From NCBI GenBank assembly GCA_010015585.1, contig ML975156.1: a stretch of DNA of 64,000 bases. One strand, written 5' to 3'. A program made the translations under genes and the position numbers. Below, piece by piece: positions 1 through 12,341 of the stretch (position 1 is its first letter; each line of letters opens with the position of its first letter). Under the pieces are notes generated by a model. The model saw nothing but the letters and a program-made list of their open reading frames with translations. It had not been told where the DNA came from and made no database searches. This DNA is from Eremomyces bilateralis CBS 781.70. Its lineage: Eukaryota.

Positions 1-750
1 ACAGACGGGATTCCCTTCTCCCCTCCGCTTTCGCCGTTACTAAGCTGAGCCGTCCATGACTACTTGACGAGGGGAGAAGCAGGAAAACCGTGAATGTCTG
101 CGTGGTACGGATGAGGGTGTTAGCGGGGGTTTAGAACAAAGGAAAGGTAACGAGAAACGAGTGTTGATGGCGTGAAGGAGGTAGGTGTAGTGGCAGCCGA
201 AGTAGCAGGCTGGAAGGAATTGATTGACAATTTGGGAAGTAGAGGTGCGATCAGCAATGGTCCAAACAAAGGAGACGGGTGTCGTCGCAGACGTCCGGTT
301 TGTTTATTTCAGTTGCGTGATATGGATTTTTTTGTTCCGTTTTTTGGGGATTTATGGATCCTGGCTCTGGGGACTCTCAGTCCAGTGAGAGACCAGAGGG
401 TCAGGGGAAAACACTCGCGATAATTGACGGGGAAGAATGTTTCCGAGGAGAGGGGTTCCAGGGGTGCCGAGGGTACCAGAGTGATGAAGTTGGCAGTCTG
501 AGGGAACTCGTGGTAAGGATAAGCAATCCAGTCGACTGAAAGAAAGGGGAACGAGGACCATAGCGAAGTGGGTTCCGCCAAAGCAAAAATCCAGGTAAAC
601 GCCTTGGGCACGGGTTCGAGGTTCTCGCGGTCTGAGGGTTGCCCAACATCGAAACCAGTTGGGACCAATCTAGGGTTTCTGTTTCGGTGGTCTGAAATAG
701 CAAACATGACTCCGACCTACTCCGAATCGCACATATGAAAACCGACATTG

Positions 751-1617
751 TTAGATGGTTCGGGGAGACGCCTTAGTGGACAACCCCTCCAAATCATCCA
801 TGTGGTTGCACATGGCGACGAACAGATCAAAGAACAGCTTGCCACCCATCTCCATCTCCATCTGCATAGTGCCACTACGCTTGAAGGTCTTGCGGCAACG
901 GATGATCAGTGCTAGGTAGTGAGCGCGCAGGCGCGAGTCGGTGTCCGGCGTGTTCTCGTAGGCGTACCGGGCGCTGCGCAGGATGATGGCGACCTCGATG
1001 CCAGACTGCAGTCCCTGCTTGCGCAGAGCCACTTTCTTGAGCTCGTCGAGGCCGTATCGATGCGCCGCACAGTACACGGCCGTGTCGCGGAGAATGAAGT
1101 CGCCCACGCCGGAATGGAAGATTGTCGGCTCGACGGCCCCGCGACCGCCGGTTTTAAGGTCGAGGTTTTCGCCCTCGAGTAGCCAGGTGTTCCGCCGCTT
1201 GTCGTGGACGAGCCGCGGGTAGTAGTCACCTTTGTACAGGTACTCGAGGATACAGGAGAAAACCTCGGGTTCTTCGTCGGGAAGGAAGATACGTCGAGAG
1301 TTGGGTTCGAAGAACTGGTCCCGACACACCTCGGTGAACCAAGGTGAGTGACTCAGTACGTCTTCGTGAGCGGCGAACAGTCGCTCGTCTCGTCCCACGA
1401 CGATGGTGACGATGGCGCTGGTGAGAGGCGGCGAGGCGCTGGGAGAGTTGTGAGAATGATTCCGTCGGTAGGCAGCAGCGGGACGATCATACCCTCCCTC
1501 CATCGGACTGTCCACCTTCTCGATGATCTTCTTCTTCGCAGTCCCGCTAATCGATCTCTTCGTGGGTTTGGTGATCTTGCCCGAACGATCTTTCGGGGGA
1601 AAAGAGCGTTTGAACAT
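751..1617 (-). CDS. BTB/POZ domain protein (288 aa, single exon)
   Basis: Fungal BTB signature IVTIVVG..LFAAHEDVL..SPWF..IFLPDEEPEVFSCILEYLYKGDY followed by VYCAAHRYGLDELK. Confidence 0.9.
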   Translation of the reverse strand: MFKRSFPPKDRSGKITKPTKRSISGTAKKKIIEKVDSPMEGGYDRPAAAYRRNHSHNSPSASPPLTSAIVTIVVGRDERLFAAHEDVLSHSPWFTEVCRDQFFEPNSRRIFLPDEEPEVFSCILEYLYKGDYYPRLVHDKRRNTWLLEGENLDLKTGGRGAVEPTIFHSGVGDFILRDTAVYCAAHRYGLDELKKVALRKQGLQSGIEVAIILRSARYAYENTPDTDSRLRAHYLALIIRCRKTFKRSGTMQMEMEMGGKLFFDLFVAMCNHMDDLEGLSTKASPRTI

Positions 1618-3112
1618 TTTGAGCGAAGGAGAACGAGTAACGAGCGACGAGAGGGGGGATGCGGAAAGTGAACGAGGAGAGTTAGATTGACGCGATGGAG
1701 GGCATGAATGGAGCTCCGGAAGCCTTCAGAACGTTCCCCCGCAGCGAATCGCGATTCGTCGGACGGAAATCGGCGTTCTGGCGACTCGGCTGGATTCTGC
1801 ACACAGTGTTGTGTGAGAATACCAAGTGGTTTCGGCTGGCTCTAACTTGACTTGCTGGCGTGCGGAGAACAGAAGGCACCGAACGGTGGGGGTCTGGGGT
1901 GGTTTATATACCCTTCCAAACAGGGCTGGGGCGCCTAATCGTCGACTCACCTTTGGTTCCACATCCCCTGCATGGGCGCCAACACATCCCGGGGCCCGGG
2001 CTAGCGATGCGGGATGAGGCTGTGTAAGCCGTGCTCAACCCGAAAGTTGGGGCATCCGGTTGGCTGGGGTTCGCACCAATCGCCCTAAAAGAGTTCCATT
2101 AATGGCAACTGGAAACTTTGCTCATGTGTTCCGTGCATGGCTATGCACGATACAGGCATACAGCGGTACGATTGGACAAGTACCAGATATCAACCAAGAA
2201 ACTGGATACTTAACAGCATATGACGGCAACAAATAAGACTTCGCAGATAAAAACAAGGCAATTGGACAAACTAGAATTGAAAGGGCGCTGGCCAAACCTT
2301 GCCAAACCTTGCCAATTGAATGAAATTCCATGCTCAATTGGTTTTGGCTGAGACTCGCCCAAGTTTGTAGTTGATAGCGATGGAATGACATCGAACCATT
2401 GAGGATGGGGCAATGATTAAACGAAAGGGAACATCGTATTATTTGTACCCTTCACTTGAACGAAATAATCAGTGTCCTAGAAGGGCTTGAGTCACACAAA
2501 TTATTGCCCTGAGCCCTTTGGAGAGTACGGAGTACGCAAGCTTGAATGACGCACAGCGGCAAGTGAATGGTTCGGATCAGAGGTTGAACAAGCAGTAAAG
2601 AATGAAATGCAAAGACTGGTCAAATGGAACTCTCATGCGATTCCGATTATCAATGGGGACGATCAAGCATTTATATTTCCCAAAGAAATGAGGAGAAAGT
2701 AGTGAGTGACTGTTGGTGTCTGGGGGCGTGGAGAGAGGAGGGCGATTGGCTGTGGTGGACCCTGATGATGCTGAGGCCATGAGGCGTTGACGTAGGATGA
2801 GACTTCGAGAGAGACTCTTCATACCCAGTTGGTTCCTCAAACATACTTTTAATTCACTTATGAACACTTCCCTCTTTACTGTCTAGCCGGATTTGAAACG
2901 CCATCCTATCATCTACGAGAAAAACACCGTCCCGGATATAAATCCCCTCGTTAGTGCTGAGTACCCCGCTGTCGAACAAGCATCCAACAGGCTACACGTC
3001 ACCACCATATTCGCATCCCTCGTTGAAGGACTCCCTTCCTTCCAACCACTCCTCCTAGGGCTGTATCGATCATCTGAGACTCCTCGGTGATCACTCGCAT
3101 CATCCACTAGCC

Positions 3113-3698
3113 ATGGCGACCGCAGGAGCAAACAAACGCATTGCGAAGGTGGGCGGACCGTCCCGCACCGAACCGCTACCCCAGACTAACAACCGTCGTC
3201 CTAGGAATTGAACGAAATCACCAGAGAACCTCCGTCGGGGATGAAAGTGCGTCTAGTAGACGAGAGCAATGTCCACAAATGGGAGATCATCATGGACGGT
3301 CCCGCGTCATCACCCTACGAGGTACCTCCTTTATCTATCCAACGCCTCTCTAGCTCCACTTCGCTCACACCCACCAGGGCGGCCACTTCAAACTCCTCCT
3401 CACCCTCCCCATCGAATACCCCTTCAAGCCCCCAATCCTCTCCTTCCAAACCAAAATCTACCACCCCAACGTCAGCAACGACGACAAGGGCTCCATGTGC
3501 CTCGGTATGCTTCGCTCCGACGAATGGAAGCCCCCGAACAAGATCCTCGCCGTCCTCAACATGGCGAGGAACCTGCTGGTTGAGCCGAACGCCGAGGACG
3601 CCATCGAGACGAGCATTGCGGAGCAGTATCGGGGGGATCGGAAGGCGTTTGAGAAGACGGCGAAGGAGTGGACGAAGAAGTATGCGAATGCGAAATAG
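3113..3698 (+). CDS. Ubiquitin-conjugating enzyme E2 (3 exons)
   Basis: Spliced reading MATAGANKRIAK|ELNEI..GPASSPYE|GGHFKL..YPFKPP..TKIYHPNVSNDDKGSMCL, with HPN motif and catalytic Cys; two GT..AG introns. Confidence 0.92.
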
Positions 3699-4227
3699 TC
3701 GGGGGAAGAGACCGTGAAAGAGATTTATGGGGGGGATGGAATACGTTGTTTTTATGGAGCAAGGGAAATACATGTCTATCCGATGGCGCATCATGGACGT
3801 CGAGCGGCTGCATTTCATGGAGTCTTAAGGTCTATATATTGGTTGGATTACGGTTCATTGATACCGGTAGTCAGGTATATGAGCAGTATGTGATCGTCGA
3901 ATTCTAGGATATACCGAGCTGCATTTACACTGTCCAGTATCATCATAGCTTCCCGTCCTCAGGACTTGGCGAGTGACGCTCTATCACTTCCACGTTCCTG
4001 TGCCAGTCGATGAAGTCCCTAATCCTGGATTACATAATACAAAGGGTCTGGATGGGTTACAGGCAAAAGTGACGCCTGGAACGTTTGTGGGGTAATTACC
4101 AAGGCAGCAAGGCGGCAATGTGATATCATCGCCAGACAAGAGAATGAACTGTATGAATCGGCCTCACTTCAGGAATATATATTTCCACTCCATCAATCCA
4201 AGGACTTTAGATTCCAGAATCAGTACA

Positions 4228-5312
4228 ATGCCTTCCCACGAGCGACAACCACATGGGCACCGACACCAAACCCATGTCACCCGCTCCCGTTCCCGCAGTC
4301 CCCGTCCCCGACACGTCGACTCGCACCGCGGATCCAAGCGACGTCGACGGTCCTCCAGCCCTTCTCGACACGCCGACAACCTACCATACAATGCCCGTCC
4401 GCTAGAGAAGTCCGATCTGTCCGCCTACCGCGGACTTCTCGGGCTATACCTTGATATCCAGAAGGGCATGGCCATCGAGGAGCTCGATGAGAAGGAGGTG
4501 AAGGGGAGGTGGAAGTCGTTTCTTGGAAAATGGTAGGTTTAGTTAGCTAAATGGAGGGTTTATGATAGGTGTGGAAGCAAAGCTGACTTGGGTGAGGAAT
4601 CGGGGGATATTAGCGAGGAGTTATTATGATCCTGAGATGAAGAAGCGCGTTGAGGAGCAGGTTGCGGCAGTTCCGTCTACCAAGAACGAGCATGAGAGTC
4701 GAGAGCGTGGCCGGAAGATGGAGCGGACATCACGAGAGTCATCGCAGGAGTCGATAGGTCCGGTTCTTCCCGAGCAATCTGGCCGCGGGAAGCGATCTGG
4801 TCCCGCCATACCTACCGCCCAAGACCTGGCATTACGAAGCGGTATTTCCGACACCTTTCGCGTCAACCGTTCCACTACTGACGCCCACCACAGAGATCGC
4901 CGCTGAAGACCGCCACGACAGCCTCCAGGCGCACCGCGCTGCCCGCAAATCCGACCGTGCCCTCCAAACCGCCCGCCTCGACGAGCTCGCGCCCCGCGCG
5001 GACGCCAACACGCGCGAGCGCGCCCTCGAAAAACGTGCCGATACCACCGCGATGCACCGCACGTTCGCGGACCGACGCTCACCGGGTGCGGCGGAGGTCG
5101 GCGAGGGGGAGCTGATGGGCGACGATGGGATCGAGGGATACCGGGTGCAGAAGAAGGAGGAGGAGCGGAAGAAGACGGAGCGGGAGGTGAGGAAGGAGGA
5201 GATGTGGAGGGCGAGGGCAGAGGAGCGGGCGGAAAGGTTGGAGAGGTATCAGGATAAGGAGAGGGGGACGATGGAGATGTTGCGGGCGTTGGCAAAGGAG
5301 AGGTTTGGGTGA
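4228..5312 (+). CDS. Conserved fungal hypothetical protein, Arg/Ser-rich N-terminus and charged C-terminus (spliced)
   Basis: ORF pieces SRSRSPR, LYLDIQKG..EVKGRWKSFLGKW|NRG, GPAIPT and ..TMEMLRALAKERFG join across GT..AG introns. Confidence 0.75.
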
Positions 5313-6404
5313 GGGAGGGTGGGTGGCCTGGGCTGGGGTTTTACAGAATGGGTCATAGGATGCGTATGAAACACAGCTGGATATTGTTTCATTGCCGCTA
5401 GGGATACGGAATATACAGTATGGGGTTGGCTCAGCCCTCGTTCGATGTCACTGAATGATTTATGCTTAGAGAGCTGGACTTGCGAAGACGTGCCCATTCC
5501 GCAAGACCTAGGAGGTAACGCAATAAAACCTTCCCAGCCGCTTTGAATACCTTCAGCCTTGAATCTTGCTATTAGGAATCTCCGAATCTCCATGAGTCCA
5601 TGTTTAATCACCATACATAGTATGTACCTGTGCAAGGGTCCGATGGTGGCTGCGGACGCAACCGAGCTTAACCAACACGAGGAAGCTTGTTTAAGCCTGA
5701 AATAAGGGGCAACCGAAGTATTACAAACAAACATCCCCGCAACTGCAGATCGGTTTGTTTTGATTCTTCTACTATGGTCATCCTCTTACTCTTCAACCTA
5801 TCCCAAGGCCTCCAGAACATCTTGATACCCGTGTGATACCCAAGGAATGGTGGCACAGTGGCATCTCATTTTCCCCTTCTACGTATCAGGACATGCAAGA
5901 GAGTGATACAAGCACCGGCTCACCACCGACTCACCACCGATCTCCAGTCTTGCAGCCTTGTACAGACGTCGCCCCCACGGACAACATCTCAATTCTCAAC
6001 GAGACAACAATTCACTTGCCGCTCTGGGTTTAACTGCAATTACCACGATAGTGGATGGCAGGGGTTCCCCATCGACAGCGTGATCCCAGCCTTGCACAGT
6101 GATCTTCCACCGTTGATATTGCAGGGTTGGAAAGAGTGGTACCGTAGCTATATGAACTCGCGTCGATCGTTCTTACTTTGACCTCACCTCAACTGCGCTG
6201 CTTCAATTCTGCTTCGTCGTCGAAGCCTGCGCTGCTCGAGTCATATTAGTTACATCCCATGCGGTCGTCTTCACATGTGACGCTGTGACTTCTTTGGCAT
6301 TGGTTTCCGGTCTATATTGAATAACCTCTATATCGGTCGTTACTGCAGCGCTCAAGCGGTATTTCACCAGCGGAAGAAAGTCATTCGTTCTGTTCACCGG
6401 CGCG

Positions 6405-9121
6405 ATGGAGTCGTTTAAAGAAACGCCGCTAAAAGGCTCAAGGAGCGAGGAAAAAATACCCTTCTTGGATATCGAGGAAACGGAGCAAGATATGGACCAC
6501 GAACGCAGGATTCGCGAAAGTCAATCGAGGACTCGAAGCCTCGTGAAGCTGATAGTCTACATGGGGCTTCTCCTTGGACTGGTAGCGGCTTATAGTTGCC
6601 TAAGTCGACATATCAGCTTCGGGTTAGGTACGCGCAACAGGAACAGGACGGCTAGCCTTCTGCTTTCCGAGGTTTCTAATGTCGAGATAGCGCCTCCCGT
6701 ACCCGTATCAAGGCTCGAAGCGCACGATATCTCTGTGCAGTCTACGCTGGAGAGGAGGCGGGTTATACCTCTGGTTGATCAATCACGCCCAGAGTCTGGT
6801 CCGAATGAGACGTCGGTTTGCGAAACGGAGGCGTGCAAGGCTGCAGCTGCGGAGATTCTAACCAATATGGCTTCGAACTATACGGTGATGGATCCATGCA
6901 CGGAGTTCAACGCAATGGTTTGCACCGGGTTCGTAGCACGCACTACCTTATGCATTGCGATAGACTAACTCGGCGTAGTTGGGAGGCTACTCATGATTAC
7001 CGGCCGGAACAGTCTAGTAAGTCCCTGCTAGTATATTACCTGCGCTAAACTAACATGATACAGCCATTGGAACCCTCTCTGATATGGACGACAAACTGCA
7101 GGAGGTGCTCCACACCATCCTTGAGTCACCCTATACGTCCAATTCGATCCCACCAGGCACAGACCCTGCGGTTGACAAAGCCAACTTTGACAAGATGCAA
7201 AGTGCTTACCATGCCTGCTCTGACGAGGAGACCATTCGGTCGTTCGGCATCAAGCCGCTCACAGATATCTTAGATAGCTTTGAGGAGGTCTTCCCACTTG
7301 ATGGACCTGAGACCGTGGGAAAGGATGAACTGACCAAAGCAATCTTGAATCTGTCCGGGAAAGGCGTGGGAGCCCTGGTGGGCGCCGGTCCATCTGTATG
7401 TTTGCAATACAATCGTATTTCACCCAGCTAACGAAACACAGGCCGATGATAAGGAGCCCGATGTCATGGCCGTATATCTGTCTCCTGGCAGCGTCGGACT
7501 TCCGTCGAAAGAGTATTACAACATCTCCGATGTCGTGGAGAAATATAAAACCGCCATCACCGCCATGTTCGAAACCATGTACGGAAACTCGACTGGTCCC
7601 GCGGCCCCCTCAGGCTATCGAAACCGTCAAGCCGCCGGGTTTGCAGACTTAGCGAAGAAGATCTCGGATTTCGAGGGTTCACTTGATGTCCTTACAGCTG
7701 ACCCGGCTGATGCTGCCGATGTAACGAAATATTACAACCCCATGACGCTTGCGGAAGTCGATGCCTGGATTCCCTCCATCTGCATTACGGATATTGTGAG
7801 GGGCCAGGTTCCGAAGAACTTCACCTCTGACCGAGTCATCAACACTGACCCGGCCTACTACAAGAATGCATCTGCAATCATTGCCAGCACTCCCAGAGAG
7901 GTCCTCCATGGTTACTTTATATGGGGAATCATACGGCGTTGGTCTGGACGCTTGCACAAGGATTTCAATAAGCCATGGCGGCAATTCAACAATGTCCTAG
8001 CCGGGCGCGATCCAGACGCCATTGCCGATCGGTGGAGAACATGTGTAGCAGAAGTGGATGGAAATCTAGGCTGGCTTGAGAGTGGAGTATATGTGCAACG
8101 TGAATTTGGTCCAGACCAGAAGGCATTTGGTGACCGTATCATCGCCGATATCAGGTCTCAGTTCAATACCAAGTTGATTGGCTTGGACTGGATGTCTGAA
8201 GATGTCAAGAAGGTTGCCCAAGAGAAAGGTGAGCTGAATATGCAAGGGATTATTCCCACTGAGACTGGTTTCACTGATAATTATCCAGTTCGCAACATTG
8301 TCCAGAAGATCGGATACCCCACCAAGTCCCCCAACGTTCTGGACCCGCAAGACTTGTCGGACTACTATTCTGGACTATCTATCAGCAATGAGACGTACTT
8401 TGCCAATGGCGTGGCCTTTTCCAAGTTTGGCGATGCGAAGGAGTGGATCCGCCTCCTTGAACCCACTGACAAGGACCGCTGGTACATGACCGTCCCCACC
8501 GTAAACGCCTACTACAACCCCCCCGGCAACGAGATCGTCTTCCCCGCCGGCATCATGCAATACCCCGTCTTCCAACTCGGCCTCCCCGAATACGTCTCCT
8601 ACGGCTCCTTCGGCGCTGTTGCCGGCCACGAACTCTCTCACGGCTTCGATAACTCCGGCCGCAACTACGACGTCAACGGCACCTACACCGACTGGTGGGA
8701 CAACAGCACCGTGACGGCCTTTGAGCAGCGCGCCAACTGCTTCGTCCAGCAATACGGAAACTTCACCGTCCCCGGCCTCGACAACCAGCCGCTGCATGTC
8801 AACGGCGATCTCACCCTCGGCGAAAACATCGCTGACGCAGGCGGTGTCTCCGCCGCGTACGGCGCGTGGTCACTGCGAGAGTTCACGCAGCCGAACCAGC
8901 TGCTGCCTGGGCTGGAACGGTTCTCGAAGGAGCAAATGTTCTTCATTAGCTTCGGGACGACGTGGTGTGGGAAGGTGAGGAAGGAGACGGCGGTTAATCG
9001 GGTGTACACGGATCCGCATAGCCCGCCGCAATACCGCATTTTGGGCACTCTTGCGAATTCTCGGCCGTTCAAGGAGGCATTTAATTGTCCTGTCAAGGAG
9101 CCGACTTGTGAGCTGTGGTAG
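6405..9121 (+). CDS. M13 family zinc metalloendopeptidase (neprilysin/endothelin-converting-enzyme-like), type II membrane anchor
   Basis: N-terminal TM segment, DPC, VNAYY, HELSH (HExxH), GENIAD, DPHSP, C-terminal CELW; several introns. Confidence 0.93.
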
Positions 9122-9320
9122 ACTGCGGCTGTTCATTATTTCAGTCATGTGGAACATAAAAATTGTTTCACACAGGACATGTCCACTATTCCTACTGCAT
9201 CCCTAGCATTGCTACATCAAATAATGAATTAATTAGTAACAAATGCGCCAATTCCATACCTTTGTGATGCTCATGAGATCCAGTCGTTTCAACAATCGTC
9301 AAATCGCCCATTGTTACTTG

Positions 9321-11554
9321 TTACTTTCCAACTATGATGCTTTCTTCAAATCGTCGAGTGATTTCCAAAACTTCGGAATCCATGCGGCTTCCACCCAAAA
9401 ACATGACTCCAAACGGTAGCATTCCCTCCTTGACATCTTCAAGCCTCAGTTCAGAGGCATGGAGCCTCCCTGAAGGCACTGAAATGCCGCATAAATCCAA
9501 GACATTTGCGCACTGTGTAAAAGTGCCATTGACGGTGTTCCGCTTAAGAGGCGACTCCTGAACCTGTTTGATCGTCCAATGTGTGGGCAATGTCGGGCAG
9601 ACGACCACGTCTACCCCTTCCGCAGCTTCCGCAAATACAATCTCTGCCGCCCGAGTCAACGCGGCCCTTTCTTGTAGATCTCGATAGGCATCTACGGCGG
9701 TTGACTTCCTCCCTTCCACAGCCCCAAACAGCTCCCGAATGGCAGGCTGCAGTACATCCGCATGTTTCGTGAAGAAATCATCGGGTAACGACGCCAACCG
9801 CTCACAAACAAACGAACCATCGTACAACAGCCGGCCAGCCTTCTCGAACGGCGACCAGTCAATCGGAGTTAAGATCCCTCCTATCTCCTGCATCCGCGCG
9901 ATCGCTATGTTGAACATCCGGCGATAAGGCGGCGAGCAGCACTCCAATGCTTCAAAAGGCGGAATCCCAAATTTGAATGTTTTGCTCGCTTTCCCTGTAC
10001 TATTGATATGGCGGGATACCGCGCGGGATTCAGGAAGTTTCGCGTACGGATCCTGTGGGTCATACTCCTCCAAAACATTCCAGATCGCCCGCGCATCCGT
10101 GACGGTCTGCGTGATCAGCGCGACACAGTCTAGCGACAGACACGCCGGCGTAATGCCGACGAAGGGAAGCAGTCCCCGCGTCGGCTTGTATCCGACGACG
10201 CCGTTCAGCGCAGCGGGCACGCGGCCAGACCCCGCGGTGTCGGTGGCGAGGCTGAAGGTGCAGAGCTGCGCGGCGACGGTGACGGCGGAGCCGGACGAGG
10301 AGCCGCCGGGGATGAAGTCCGAGTGGAAGGCACTGCTAGGGAGGCCGTAGGGGCTGCGGCAGCCGGTGAGGCCGGTGGCGAGTTGATCGAGGTTGACTTT
10401 TCCGAGGAAGAGGGCGCCGGATTCGAGGGCTTTGGTGTAGATTGGGGCAGAGATGGTGGGGGTGCGCGTGAGAGGGGGACATGCGGTGGTGGTCGGGAGA
10501 CCGGCGACGTCGATGCTGTCTTTCACGGTGAATGGGATGCCGAAGAGGGGAGGAAGTTTGCTGCGGTCGGGGAATCTGGTGATGCACAATTCTGCTGCTG
10601 CCAGGATATCGGATTTGGGGAGGAGATGGATCCAGGCACCAGGGTTGACTTTTTCGTAGGCTTCGATTTTCTGATAGAGGGCTTCGATGACGGCGACTGC
10701 TGGGAGCCCAGATCGGTACGCTGCCTGTAGACTTGCGAGACGTAAATCACCATCCCACTCTGGAATAGTCTTTAGGGGGCTTGGACCGCTGGAAGGTGTG
10801 GTGATAGAGAGAGGCTTGAGGACATCAAGGAGAGGCTGTAAGTTGGCCACAAATCCGAAAAGTCCTTGAGACCAATGCAACATATCTAGAGCCGAGATCT
10901 TGAAACCGGGGTTGTATCCATCGGTAGCTTCGAAAACAGCGCCTATTGTTCGTTAGCCATTCTTGTTAACAGTATACTAACATTCCGATGATACTCACAG
11001 CACTCAAAGCCTCTATCATTTGCTTCTCGATATGTTGTTGTCACGCAGCACTCTGTAGTCACACCTGCAATCAATAAATGTGTGATTCCGCGGGATTTTA
11101 GCCTGTACATGATCTGGGTATCCCAGAATGCCCCCTTTCCGGGTTTATCAATTATTACTTCTCCGGGCACAGGTTGGAGCTCATCCACGATGTCATGACC
11201 GTACTCGCCGCGGATAAGCAGCCTTCCCATCTTTCCTTTGTCGCCAATTCCGAGTTTGTATTGCGTATCAGGCGCTTCTGCTTGTCGAACTGTCTTATTT
11301 GAAGGCATGTCGGACATGTCTGGCCTCTGGCCTTCTCGAGTATGGAATACTGTCATTCCCGCATTTCGGCAAGCTGCGAGGAGTTTCCCGACAGGCTCAA
11401 TTGCAGCTTGGACGTCGGTTAGATCACCCCCTTCGATCTCACCGAAGCCATCTGGAAGCAGGAAGTCTCGTTGCATGTCAATGATGACCAGAGCCGTCTT
11501 CCTTAGTGGAAATGCGTAAGGGTATGGCTTCGCATCTACCGTGAGGAACTCCAT
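9321..11554 (-). CDS. Fusion of an isochorismatase-like cysteine hydrolase (TrtA/BiuH-like) and an allophanate-hydrolase-type amidase, ~725 aa
   Basis: Exon 11554-10999 has IDMQRDF, HTREG, IDKPGKGAF, GVTTECCV..REANDRG. A 56-nt intron 10998-10943 (GTGAGT..CTAAC..TAG) joins it in frame to exon 10942-9321, which has VKDSID, GKVNLDQLATGL, PGGSSSGS, TDTAGSGRVPA. Confidence 0.88.
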
Positions 11555-11623
11555 CTTATTGGGCACTGCGCAGTCGAAACGCATGAATAATAACCTGAAA
11601 ACAAATCGGATTCACGAGTAGGT

Positions 11624-12159
11624 TTATCTTCAGGTAATTCGACAGGGCCTGCCGTATTTAAAAGTAGCGGACGTTGCAATTGCGTCTTCGACCACCGGGT
11701 CCAGATAGGAGGAATCTGGTTAGGAGATCGTCACAAATTGCTCTCGATCCTTGAAATATCCCAAGGCAAACATTCCAATCTCCACGCCGTATCAGCTGTG
11801 CGGCACCCCGACGGCGGGCCTACCGGCGCGTCGGCGCCCGCTTATCGTGTTGCGAATGATCTTTGATACACATTTCAGGGATTTCCCCACAGTGGATGGT
11901 TTTAGGGCTTGTCCGAAACCGTACAACCATTTCAGCCTTCTTTTCACTCCTTCAATCACAAACGGTCGCAATTCTTGACGTTGTGATAGATGTGGTCTAG
12001 AACACGATCTTCGAGGGCTGGACCTGCAAGGCTGCAACGTGCTGTCCATATCTGCGATGCCGATATATCGGGCGGCATGGGGGCCGTGGAGATGGCACTG
12101 GGCGACAGGCTATCAAGGCATTCCCGTCGATCTATCTCTAATGCTGGGGTCGATTATCG
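11624..12159. promoter_or_regulatory. Cluster of HGATAR (AreA/Nit2-type) sites in the divergent promoter
   Basis: Seven HGATAR hits by eye at 11624, 11703, 11842, 11984, 12110, 12132, 12154. Confidence 0.5.
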
Positions 12160-12341
12160 TCGTGGTCGCGAAGGTGTATGTATCAACCAGATGATGTCCG
12201 TATTCATTCCCTATACTGTATGCTATCGCATTTCTACTCCGCAATTTCAAGTCAGAGTTGAAAGTATTCAGAAGTCAACGTCCTGGGTCTCAACTTAAAC
12301 CAACTTATTATATTCATTGTACCTTATGGTAGATCCACGCT

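Noticed and set aside
172..748. Several short overlapping ORFs
   Set aside because: No recognisable motifs; more likely the downstream/3' UTR region of the BTB gene.
9321..10883. Stand-alone GatA or full urea amidolyase (DUR1,2)
   Set aside because: Motifs are allophanate-hydrolase type, no urea carboxylase domain follows, and the ORF is spliced to the upstream cysteine hydrolase.
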